Below are positions 51,801-60,800 of a stretch of 64,000 bases of DNA, piece by piece. The DNA is from Alphaproteobacteria bacterium (GTDB taxonomy: Bacteria; Pseudomonadota; Alphaproteobacteria; Bin95), in NCBI GenBank assembly GCA_963665325.3, contig OZ224045.1, forward strand, positions 128,001 to 192,000. Direction: 5' to 3'. The position numbers and the translations under genes are program-made. The notes below the pieces were generated by a model. That model saw only the letters and a list, made by a program, of their open reading frames with translations. It was not told where the DNA came from and ran no database searches. The stretch's first letter is position 1; the number at the start of each line of letters is the position of its first letter.

Positions 51801-52884
51801 TGAACAGCAGGCGGAACAGTACCGTCAGCGCCATCTCATAGGTGCGCTCAAGCTCGGCCGGCCCGGGACTGTCGAGTTTCCGGGCCGTGGCGATTCCCTT
51901 CGCGAGGACCGGCACCACCTCATCGTAGATGCGCTCACGCAGGCGCGAGGCGAGGTCGCCGGCGAAGCGGCGCGAGCTGTCGAGGATATCTCTGAGGCTG
52001 CCCTGTGGCGCCAGGGCGTCGGCGGAGAACAGCAGCCAGAGACAGGGCAGTTGTGCGTCCGGCAGCAGCGCAGGTTGGCACTCGATATAGGTCTCGGTCC
52101 GTCCGCGCCGTCCCACGCCGGCCTCGACCGCCGTGGAGTAGAGACGGAGACGGTTGCCCTGGACCAGTATGACCCAGGCCAGATTCTCGGCGTCCGCCTT
52201 GGCAAGGGCGTAACTCACCGGGGACAGGTTGTTAAATCGGGCCGCGCCGGCTTCGGGTATCTCCGTCTCGTGCAGCATCACGGCCAGCGCCGTCCGCCCG
52301 TGCTTGCTGCGCAGCAGGTCCGTCAGGTTGTCGAGCCGTTCGATCTCGAAACCGAGCGCCGCAATCAGGTCCCGACCGCTCTTCCCGAGCGCGGCTCGGG
52401 CCTTCTGGCCGGCATCGGACCAGTCGGAGCGTCCGGGCACGCCATGCTGAAGCTCGTGCAGGGCAAGAAGCCCCTCATTGGCGATCCCCGGCAGGGCGGT
52501 TTCGAGCGATGGCAGGGCCTGGGCCAGGAACCGCAGCGCGGCGTGCCGGTCCGGTTGTCCCAGCACCTCCCGGCAGAGCCGTTCCAACTGCCCGGGATCG
52601 ATTTCGGGATAAACGGGAGGGTCCTCTCCCGAGGCACCGCAAAGCGCGGCGCCGCCCGGATACAGGACGACCAGGAGCACCGGGGCCGGACGGCCCGCCC
52701 TTCGGGCCTTCCAGGTCCCCAACAGGGCCATCCTGTTAGGTGAGGATGTGGACCTCGCAACCGCGACCTCGACCGCATGCGGGCCTTGGCCGAGGAACAG
52801 TCCCTCGGGGCGAAATCCGAATTTCGCCTCCGGCGCCCACGGACGCCTTGTCTCGTCGGCGAGAAATCCTGCCTCGGATGCCAC
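48820..52884 (-). CDS. Large N6-adenine DNA methyltransferase (Eco57I/type IIG-like with target-recognition region)
   Basis: GSYYTKP, DIAMGSGHFL (motif I), IYGVD, DVILGNPPW (motif IV). Confidence 0.88.
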   Translation of the reverse strand: MASEAGFLADETRRPWAPEAKFGFRPEGLFLGQGPHAVEVAVARSTSSPNRMALLGTWKARRAGRPAPVLLVVLYPGGAALCGASGEDPPVYPEIDPGQLERLCREVLGQPDRHAALRFLAQALPSLETALPGIANEGLLALHELQHGVPGRSDWSDAGQKARAALGKSGRDLIAALGFEIERLDNLTDLLRSKHGRTALAVMLHETEIPEAGAARFNNLSPVSYALAKADAENLAWVILVQGNRLRLYSTAVEAGVGRRGRTETYIECQPALLPDAQLPCLWLLFSADALAPQGSLRDILDSSRRFAGDLASRLRERIYDEVVPVLAKGIATARKLDSPGPAELERTYEMALTVLFRLLFIAYAEDRDLLPYRFSEAYRRRSLKQKAQELADCVVKGVEIAQGSSHWQEVALLWQAVAAGNREWSVPAYNGGLFSDDPGVSPAGADLVRLELPNAIFETALRALLVIETGDGVPGPVDFRSLGVREFGTIYEGLLESELALAAGDLALDKKGRYSPARPGWPVMVKKGEVYLHNRSGARKSSGSYYTKPFAVEHLLDGALEPALAEHFARLDDMDSASAAEAFFDFRVADIAMGSGHFLVAAIDRIEKGMADFLTRRDLPGVRRELATLRGVALGELGELAEATAIEDGQLLRRMIARRCIYGVDVNALSVQLARLAIWIHTFVPGLPLSVLDHTLVYGNALVGVGTIEDIRKRLEDEAPGTLFAVDAESLLGEAARPLNRLANLNDATLRDVADAREAIREAHQAIRSTEALCDLMTAAPISTDEKVANFLFERWEKEKEDQETLEAVRSARQDLSNLHVLHFPVAFPEVFLRERPGFDVILGNPPWQEATLEEHAFWARHFPGLRGLPSREREAEQARLRKQRPDLVRAYDAELAETDRVRKVLVGGGYPGMGTGDPDLYKAFCWRFWHLSATEGGRIGVVLPRSALAAKGSTEFRHIVFGNCASLDVDMLLNRGGWVFDEAEHRYTIGLVCISHGEPEGESIRLRGPFASLSSFRNGRARPAAAFESSQVLAWNDSASLPLLPSEDSVEVFAQLRRAPRLDLNEEGQWRARPDREMDATQQKWLMDVASPVCPDGYWPVYKGESFDIWNPDTGTYYAWADPDPALDWIQRKRIRAGRSSRDSAHREFLLTNLRENPSPMAYLEDRNTLPSFGPRVAFRDVSRSTDTRTVRAALLPPEIFVTNKGPYFLWPRGDKQDQAFLLGVLSSIPLDWYARRFVEVSVNFFIINPFPIPRPVRDDLRWQRVVALAGRLACPDDRFADWADAVGVECGPLAAIEKDDMIHELDALVAHLYDLNESQLVHVFETFHEGWDYQDRLDAVLRHYRSWTGRR

Positions 52885-53036
52885 GACGTCCCCTCTCCTA
52901 CCCCGTCGTTACGAACCGCGCAGGATAGTCGCTTTTCAGAAGACCCGGTCGCTTCGACCGGTGCTTTCCCCAGAAAAGTCTCTGTCGTGCCCCGACACCA
53001 AGACAGACGAAGGTATTGGCGGCCCGCGCCTTGGCA

Positions 53037-53999
53037 TCACGCCGCCGCCGTGTCCTTTGGAGGCTTGCCCTCGAGCGGGTGGCCCTTGGCATGGTTGTCG
53101 AGCATCTTGTTGAAGGTCTGGTTGGCCCAGCCCTTTCCGAATTTGTCTCCGGCAGCGATCATGTCGGTCGCCTCGTCGTGCAGCCGGTCCAGAATCCGGC
53201 CCAGGGCCTCTTCCGTCAGCACCTTGCGCTTCGCACGACTCCTGCAATAGAGATCGTCCAGCTTTTGGGCGATTTCCGCCATCTCCTCGATATCGAAGAC
53301 GAGAAACTTCACGTCCGGCGGTTCCGGCTCCCCGTTCGCTGCCGCCTGTATCTTCAGCGCTTCGCGGTCCTCCTGGGCTTTTGAGAGCGCGGCACGCTGC
53401 CACCCGTTGCTCTGGTCCAGGCCGTGCCGGCTGACCATGAGGCAATAGATGCGCGGGCGGCCGGTTTCCGCTTTCACATGTTTCTCGGCACTGTCCCACT
53501 GCGTGTCGATATCGGTTTCTCTCAAATGGCGTATCGTGGTGACCTCGGCCAGAATGACGAATTCCTCAAAGTCCGCACGGACATCGGGATTATCCTGCGG
53601 GGCGGCATAGTAGGGAAATGCCCTCCCCCCCTCGACATACGTGCGGCAGGGACAGCGGGTCTTCTTCGGGCTGTCCAGGACACTGAGGAACAGGCCCGCA
53701 ATGAGTTCCAGCCCAACCGCCTTGGCAACGACCCGGAACTCCTTCACCGACTTCGCGTAGTCGGTCTCCGGCTCGTCCCCGGCATCGTGGTTTTCCTTTG
53801 CAAGAGCCTTCAGATGACGCAGCGCGGCAGCGGAATCGAACCCAATGCGCGGATAGATCTCTTGTCTGTCCACGGTGTAGTTTTCATCCAGAAGGTGTCG
53901 CGCCGCCCGGGCCAGGGTTCCGGGCCTGACCTTTCGAGTCGGTCTGGGAAATTCGACTTCCGGGTCGGCGCCTACCACGATGCGCGCCGTCAGGGTCAC
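53037..53999 (-). CDS. Putative PD-(D/E)xK endonuclease with an AlwI-like catalytic motif
   Basis: APQDNPDVRADFEEFVILAEVTT resembles the PD...EVT motif of AlwI-family C-terminal domains; GTG start overlaps the upstream TGA, with a GGAGG RBS. Confidence 0.55.
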   Translation of the reverse strand: MTLTARIVVGADPEVEFPRPTRKVRPGTLARAARHLLDENYTVDRQEIYPRIGFDSAAALRHLKALAKENHDAGDEPETDYAKSVKEFRVVAKAVGLELIAGLFLSVLDSPKKTRCPCRTYVEGGRAFPYYAAPQDNPDVRADFEEFVILAEVTTIRHLRETDIDTQWDSAEKHVKAETGRPRIYCLMVSRHGLDQSNGWQRAALSKAQEDREALKIQAAANGEPEPPDVKFLVFDIEEMAEIAQKLDDLYCRSRAKRKVLTEEALGRILDRLHDEATDMIAAGDKFGKGWANQTFNKMLDNHAKGHPLEGKPPKDTAAA

Positions 54000-54871
54000 G
54001 TACCGGTCCTCCGCCGCCACCGTGTCTCGCGTCGACGACGCTTCTTCAGATCCGGCGCCGGGTAGAGCCACTGCAGGCCGCCGGGAAAGCCGTGAGGCAC
54101 GAGCACGCCGGCGTCGCAAAGCATGAGCACGGTCGAGCGGGCGGCCGGGATCTTGCTCGTCGGATCGTCCTCCTTGTGGTGCTCCAGCAGCCACTCCGCC
54201 GCCGCATCGGCCATGACGAGGGCCGCATATTCGATGCCGCCTTCGCCGACATCGAGCCCGACCACGGCGTTTTCGCGCACCGCCATGACCTCCGCGCCGA
54301 ATTCCCAGTATTCATGAGCCTTGTCCAGGTTCGCCATCCAGAAATGGAGCCGCATGAACTCGGCCAGGCACAGCCCCCGCCGGAAGCGTGCCGAATGCGG
54401 CTGCTTCACGCGCTCCGGCGGCCGCCCACGCAGGTACTCGAAGGTGTCGTACAGGTCCGAGACGACAGAGCGCTTCCTGTCGTCCCTTCCCCGGACGCCG
54501 TATCTGTCCGCCACTCTCCGTCGCAGCCATGCCCGGTTCTCGATCAGCGCCAACTGCTCCAGCGTGATCCTCCCGTTCTCGTCGAACAGTTCCAGATGCT
54601 GCATCTGTTCGAGGCAGTCCTCCGCCATGGCGCGCAAGGTGGTGGCGCGGTCCGGCCTTGCCAGATTGCCCTCCTCGTCCTCTTTCGGCGCCCCCAGCAC
54701 CCCCAGGCCCTCCAGATGGCCGTCGCTCAGGGCCTCCTTTCGGATCGCGGCCTCCAGCATCTCGATGGCGTTCGGCCCGGTCGCGCCGCTGTCGGCCAGA
54801 TGCCGGGCGGCCGCCGGCAGGAAGAAAAGTTCCTGCTGCACGGCGGCCAGGAACGGCTCCTTGTCATCCAT
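53996..54871 (-). CDS. Hypothetical protein coupled to transposase paralog 2
   Basis: About 291-aa ORF; ATG overlaps the paralog 2 stop and has a GAGG RBS. Confidence 0.7.
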   Translation of the reverse strand: MDDKEPFLAAVQQELFFLPAAARHLADSGATGPNAIEMLEAAIRKEALSDGHLEGLGVLGAPKEDEEGNLARPDRATTLRAMAEDCLEQMQHLELFDENGRITLEQLALIENRAWLRRRVADRYGVRGRDDRKRSVVSDLYDTFEYLRGRPPERVKQPHSARFRRGLCLAEFMRLHFWMANLDKAHEYWEFGAEVMAVRENAVVGLDVGEGGIEYAALVMADAAAEWLLEHHKEDDPTSKIPAARSTVLMLCDAGVLVPHGFPGGLQWLYPAPDLKKRRRRETRWRRRTGT

Positions 54872-56842
54872 TGCCAATCCTCTCGGTCAGCTCGCCGGCC
54901 TCTTGCCAGCCCAGGCGAGCGCGCAGGCGCCGGGCGATGTTGAAGCCCGTTTTCACGTCCTGCTCGCGCATCAGGCCCAGAATACGGGCCGGAAGCAGCT
55001 CCGGGGCGCCCCAGGGGCGGTCGTAGTTGGTGGTGAAACAGGACAGCCATATCCCGCTTATCGCCGGGCGCAGGCTTTCCGAGGATTCGGTGTAACTGGG
55101 GTTGCTGTCCGCGCGGAATCGGGGCCGCCGGGCGGCCGGAGCTCGCCTGCGCATGGCCTGGATTGCCGAATCCACCGATTGCAGGTTTGCATAGCGCAGG
55201 AAGGTGTTGACCTCGCCCTCGGGCGGCCAGTCCCGATCCGGGCCCTGCGACAGCCACAACAGCGCCGTGTGGAGGCCGGGACGGGGCGGGAAGAGCATCC
55301 ATCCCCATTTGCCGGCATCCGACCAGGCGCCCTCCATCACCTGCTTGAAGAGGCGCGCCTTCGCTGCTGCGACATCCACAGGGTTTGCCGCCCAGTGATT
55401 GAGCCCGGCCGCTTCCAACTCTTTCTTGAGTTGCTGTTTCCAGTCATTCGCGATCTGCCCCTTCCGGGCTTCCCACGCCTTGTTCCGGTCGCCACCCGGC
55501 GCCTTCTTGACCTTCTTCGTTTGCACGACCGCGATCTCGACGCGGCGGACGGGGAGCTTTGCGTCCTCATTCGGCGGTGTGTCCCAGGCCAAAGGTCCGG
55601 GAGGCTTCCGCATGTCATCGGCGAAGACGGCGGCGACGCTCCTGTAGGCTGTTTTCTCCCCGTCCATGCAAAAGGTGACCTGCCTGAACCGGCGCGTCAG
55701 TTCCCTGACCACCATGAAATGCGCGAGTTCCGAATAGTCGCGGCGCATGAACATGCCGCCGGCGCCGAGATAGGACGTCTCCCGGGTTCTCCTGCCTTCA
55801 TTGTTTTCTTCCTGCCCCTCCTGCGTCTTCTTCCTCGTCCCGTAGGAGGTGTCGAAGTGGTAGAGATGATCGAACCGCCGCCCTTCCAGGGGCAGCTGGA
55901 GGTCCTCTTCGCTTTCCCACAGGTCCTTGTTGAGGTTGGTCACCGGCCTGTCTTTCCGGTGGAAGACCGCACAGGGATGGGCGGCGAGCACGAACCATGT
56001 GGCGGGCTTGTGGATGCGCATCACGGTCATCGCCACCGGAAGCAGGTTCTGGCGCTTCTCATGAGCCGCCGTCGGTGTCCTGAGGGATACGCTCATCGTG
56101 TCGAACCTGAGAGTGGCGATCCCGTTGAACGGACTGTCATCCGGGCCGGGTTCTTTCCTGTCATTCGCATTCATGAACAGGCGGCGGAGCCGCTTCAGGT
56201 AGCCAGGCGCCATCAGGCCGGCATTGCAGTAGCTGTGATAGTCCCGGATCTGCCGCCCCACGCACGAAAGCATGCCCTGGTAGTGCTGAAATTCGACGGT
56301 GGGGTCTTCGAGAAGCACCATCGAGGTGCGCATGCCCAGGCCGACGCGCACATGCTTGAAGATCGTCGCCAGGCGGCGATCCATGGCATCGCGGTCCTCC
56401 GGCTTGTCGTCCAGATTGAAGGCCTCGCCGAGTGTGATCCCCGACCGGCATTTGCGACACCGGAGCCGATTGAAGTCCTTCCCGCTGTTCCGCCGGTAGC
56501 ACTCCCGATGCTCGAAGGCATTGATGCCGTAATTCTCGCAATCCTCCTTGGGGCAGGCGGCGAACGGGATGCTCTGGCTCTTGAACCAGACATAGGCAGC
56601 CCGCAGCGACCGGTTCGACAGCAGCGCGCGGTCAACCCGCAGCTATTGCACCGGTAGCGATGGGCGTCCCCGGAGAAAGCGGCGGGAACGATGGTGTAGC
56701 GGTCGGCATAGGCATCCATGTCCGGGGCTGGCCCGAAATTCGGACACATCGGATTGCGGCAGAAATTGGCGTTGAAGGTGAACCCCCGGCTGACCTGCGG
56801 GAACGGGATCGGTTCGAATACCCTGAGATGAACCTCTTGCAT
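54864..56842 (-). pseudogene. Zn-finger, DDE-like putative transposase (paralog 2) with a 1-nt frameshift near 56625
   Basis: NFCRNPMCPNFG...CNSC (frame A) continues as LLSNRS...ACPKEDCENYG...CRKC (frame B) into ORF 54864-56384 with LRFDT / FCMDGE / QSVDSA and LPARILG; colinear with paralog 1. Confidence 0.72.
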
Positions 56843-57094
56843 GCCTCCGACCGTCTTCACGGCTGGGGCGGCCCGGGAACCGCCCGTCCCGGAATAGCAA
56901 CGGGAAGGAATTTCCTTGTCAAGCAGACCGGTTCATGGGCGCGGCAGGGAATCCCGGTCAGGGTCCGAAAATCGGGCTATACACTGGTGATCACGGACGA
57001 AATGACCCATCCGGCAAAACAAAACGGTCTGGAAATCATTGAAATATAGGAATTCACAGGATTCTGGAGGTGACACAATTTTTTCATCGGCTAT

Positions 57095-57103
57095 GGCGGA
57101 TGG
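57095..57103 (+). repeat. Target-site duplication GGCGGATGG, copy 2 (junction of elements A and B)
   Basis: Sits exactly between the A right TIR (ends 57094) and the B left TIR (starts 57104). Confidence 0.88.
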
Positions 57104-57437
57104 AAAGCCGATCCGCTTTTTGTGGGATCTCCTCGTGTCCTAACCCGTTGATAATTGGGATTACCTCTTTCGCCTGCCCGCAGTTTCCGGGGCCTATGTG
57201 CCAACGGGTCAACTGAAGGCAGGCCTAACCCTTCCGAGCAAGGGAATTTTGTCGGAACAGAGAGGCGGGCGTTGGTGCCTCGCGTGACGGCGCTCGTAGG
57301 CCCGGCGATGGATTGCGGCACCAGTGCGGACCGGCGGCAATCGGGGGATTGAGCGCGAAGCGCGTTGATCCCGACCGCCGAATCGCGGCACGACGTGGGG
57401 ACAGCAAGGCCGAAATCCGCAAAACATGGGAGCGACC

Positions 57438-57722
57438 ATGACTAAGGTGCCGACCGTGACGGAATGTTCCGATGGAAGATCACAAGAGCGTCAAGTGTCA
57501 TCAGTGGAGGCTATAGCTTCGCGATCCCGCGGATACGTGACGTTGAAGATTGGTCAGCCACACCCCGTGGAACGTGATGCCGACGGCCGTCCGACGGACG
57601 ACGACCCGACAGAATGGGTCCTGTCCCTTCCGGCGGCGGCAATGCTGTGTCAGTCCCTGGAAGCGGCGCTGCGAGCATGCTGGCTGGAACCTCATTCGAC
57701 AAAGAAATCTCCCTCCCAATGA
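57438..57722 (+). CDS. Small hypothetical protein
   Basis: ORF with GGGAG RBS; no family recognised. Confidence 0.45.
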   Translation: MTKVPTVTECSDGRSQERQVSSVEAIASRSRGYVTLKIGQPHPVERDADGRPTDDDPTEWVLSLPAAAMLCQSLEAALRACWLEPHSTKKSPSQ

Positions 57723-57889
57723 CGATTTTCGGCGGCTGCCGCCTTCCTCATCTCTGCGCCATTGCGGCTCTCGCCCTGTCGCCTCTTTCATTGGGGCTCC
57801 CTGGCCGGGGCGGCCGGTACCTCGAGTAGCGGAAGCAAGCGCCGGGAAACCCGATGGCGGGCGGGCCTGGAGAGACGGGGGTATCCCAG

Positions 57890-60800
57890 ATGCAGTTCGT
57901 GAGGAGCGGTCCAGACGTTCCCGAACGTCTGTTGCAGGCCCACGAAGATGAACGTGTGGTTTTCTTCTGCGGGGCGGGAATATCCCGTCCGGCGGGCCTG
58001 CCAGACTTCAAGGGACTGGTTGAACAGCTTTACAAGCCGGAGCAAATGGAGCCAGACGTCAACGCCGTTCTCGACGACGCCATCAAGGCCAATCAATACG
58101 ACAAAGCGGTCCATCTGCTCGACGAGCACCGGGCCGACGGTCGGGCGACAGTGCGTCAAGAGATGGCGAGAATTCTGCTCAAACCGGACTGTCCCGATGA
58201 TGCGGTCCGCACCCATCGCGCCCTGCTTTCCTTGGGCAGAAGCCGAGATGGCCGCACCCGCCTGGTCACGACGAATTTCGACCGGCTGTTCGAACGGGCA
58301 ATATCGCTTGACGGCCTTTCGACGAAGCGCTTCGAAGCGCCAGCGCTTCCGGTCCCTAAGCAGCGCTGGGACGGGTTGGTCTATCTCCACGGGTTGCTGC
58401 CGGACGGACCCGGCGACAGCGAACTGGAAGATATCGTCGTATCGAGCGGCGATTTCGGCCTCGCCTATCTCGACGAGGGCTGGGCGGCGCGCTTCGTCAG
58501 CGCGCTGTTCCGCGAATTCACCGTGTGTTTCGTCGGATACAGTATCGAAGACCCGGTCTTGCGCTACCTAGTTGACGCTCTCGCGGCGGACCGGTTGAGG
58601 GGTGAAGATCCGAGCGAAGTATTCGCATTCGGAGACTACTGCGAGAAAGAGGACGCCGCCCGGGCCGGGCGCGAATGGCGCGCCAAGAACGTCACGCCCA
58701 TCCTTTACCGGGATCGCGAAGAGCATGCCGCCCTGCACGATACACTTCGCGAATGGGCCGACATTTATCGTGACGGCATGCGTGGCAAGGAAAGGATCGT
58801 CGAGAGGGAGGCTCGGGGGAATCCGGCAGCGGTTACGAATGACGACAATTTCGTCGGCCGCATCCGATGGGCCCTAAGCGAACCGGGTAGCCTCCCCGCT
58901 AAGCGGTTCGCGGAGATGGACCCGCCTCCTCCCCTGGACTGGCTCGACCACCTTGAGGACATGGTCTTCCTGGCGGGTCCCGGGGCGCCGGAGGACAGTC
59001 AGGATCGGGTAAAGGGTCATCTGACCCACTGGCTTACCCGTCATCTCAACGACCACAAGCTGCTTCTCCGGCTGGCGTCGCCGGGCGGAAAGCCGCACTG
59101 GCTGATGGCCGAGATGATAGCCCGCCGGTTGCAGGAGTCTCCGGACGCCGTGCCGGATCCGCTGATGCGTAAATTGTGGGGGCTTGTTATCGCCGGCCGG
59201 GTAAAGGGTAATCCATCGTCAGGACTGGTTCTCATCCATGATTGGGGGAAACGGTTCGCGAGGGAAGGGCTGACGACCGCATTGCGGCTGGAGTTGCGCG
59301 AAATTCTGGCTCCCTGTGTGTCTCTGAGCGCCGCTCGTCACAACCGGAAATCCTTGTCCGCGCTATTGGCGGCACCCGATGGCGAGGGGACGGCTGCGCC
59401 GGAGCCGGACGACGCCGAGGGCGGGATACCGGAGGGCCTTCAACACCTTCTCGAGCCGACAAGGGACTTCGTTCTCGCAACCGGCAGCGTGCATGGTCCG
59501 TTGCGCCGTCTAGCGGAGAGCGAGAATTGGAGAGCCGCCCTGCCGGCATTGCTCGACGACTTCACGGGCCTCCTTCGGGACGCCCTCGACCTGATGCGCG
59601 ACATCGGCATTGCGGACGACCGGCGTGATCTGTCCGTCAGCACCCGTCCCTCGATATCCGAACATCCGCAAAACCGGGACTTTTACGACTGGACGGCCCT
59701 GATCGAGTTGAACCGGGACGCCTGGCTGGCCGCCGCCGAATGCTCGCCCGAACACGCCCTGGCCGCGGCGGAAGGCTGGATGCGGATCCCCTACCCCGTC
59801 TTCCGCCGCCTGGCGTTCTTCGCTGCCGCGCGGCAGCCGGGGCCCGTTGCGCCCGCCTCGGGGCTGGACTGGCTTCTCCGCAACGACGGCCGGTGTCTGT
59901 GGGACCGCAATGTCAAACGAGAGGTCTGCCGCCTTATTGTTGCCCTGTCTCCCGCCCTGTGCGCCGCCGGGATGGACAGGTTGGAACAGGCTGTGCTCGC
60001 TGGCCCTCCGCGTCGCATGTATCCCCCCGACCTTGAAGAGGAAGACTGGACCCGCAGAAGGCAGCACGATATCGGGGTACGGCTCGTCAGAATGGATCGG
60101 GATGCGTTGAGCGCTGGCGCCCAGGGCATTCTGGACGATTTGTCCGCAACGCATCCCGATCTGGAAGACGAGAGAGAGGAATTTTGCTCTTGGCACTTCG
60201 AAGGACCGGTCAGAGTTGACAAACCGATACTCACCCCCACGGCTGAGGGCGCCCTTGTCGACTGGCTCCGCGACAATCCCGGCGACAGCGACCCGTGGGC
60301 GGAAGAGACGGACGACTGGCGGTGGCGCTGCCGTGTCGACTTCGATACCGCAGCGGCGGCGTTGAAGACCCTGGCAGGGGAAGAAACTTGGCATCCGGCA
60401 CGCTGGGGCACGGCCCTGGGCGCCTGGTCGGACAAGGAACTTCTGACGCGGTCCTGGGAGGACATGGGTCCGGTGCTGAAGCGCATGCCCCAGGAAAGGC
60501 TGCAGGAGATCCCCGATGCGGTGAGTCCTTGGCTGCTAATGCTCGCCCCGGACTTCGACAACCACGAAGATACGTTCCTGTTCCTGTGCGAGCGCTTGTT
60601 GGCACTGGAGTATAAGGATGAGAGCGCGGGCGACGACCCGGTGGACGATGCGATCAACCATTCCGTGGGGAAGACGACGGAGGCGCTGCTGCGCTGGTGG
60701 TACCGGGGAGACCTCAAGAACGGTCAAGGCCTAGAGGCCCGGCTAAGGTCGATATTCGTGAAGCTCTGCGAGCGGGAGAAACGGCATTTACGCCATGGCC

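Larger units (their letters stand above)
38219..57094. mobile_element. Element A: 18.9-kb transposon-like defence element with perfect 24-bp TIRs
   Basis: ATAGCCGATGAAAAAATTGTGTCA (38219-38242) and its exact reverse complement (57071-57094); flanked by GGCGGATGG direct repeats; transposase-like genes at both ends. Confidence 0.9.

Noticed and set aside
45481-52884. Complete DISARM or BREX system
   Set aside because: drmA, drmB, pglZ and brxC are not present
38219-57094. Element A as a classical composite transposon or a Tn7-like element
   Set aside because: The two terminal genes are highly divergent and lack inner TIRs; no TnsC/TniQ, no TGT...ACA ends and no 5-bp duplication
57155-57430. 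Possible structured ncRNA inside the left end of element B
   Set aside because: Only short GC-rich hairpins; no recognisable family or covariation evidence available
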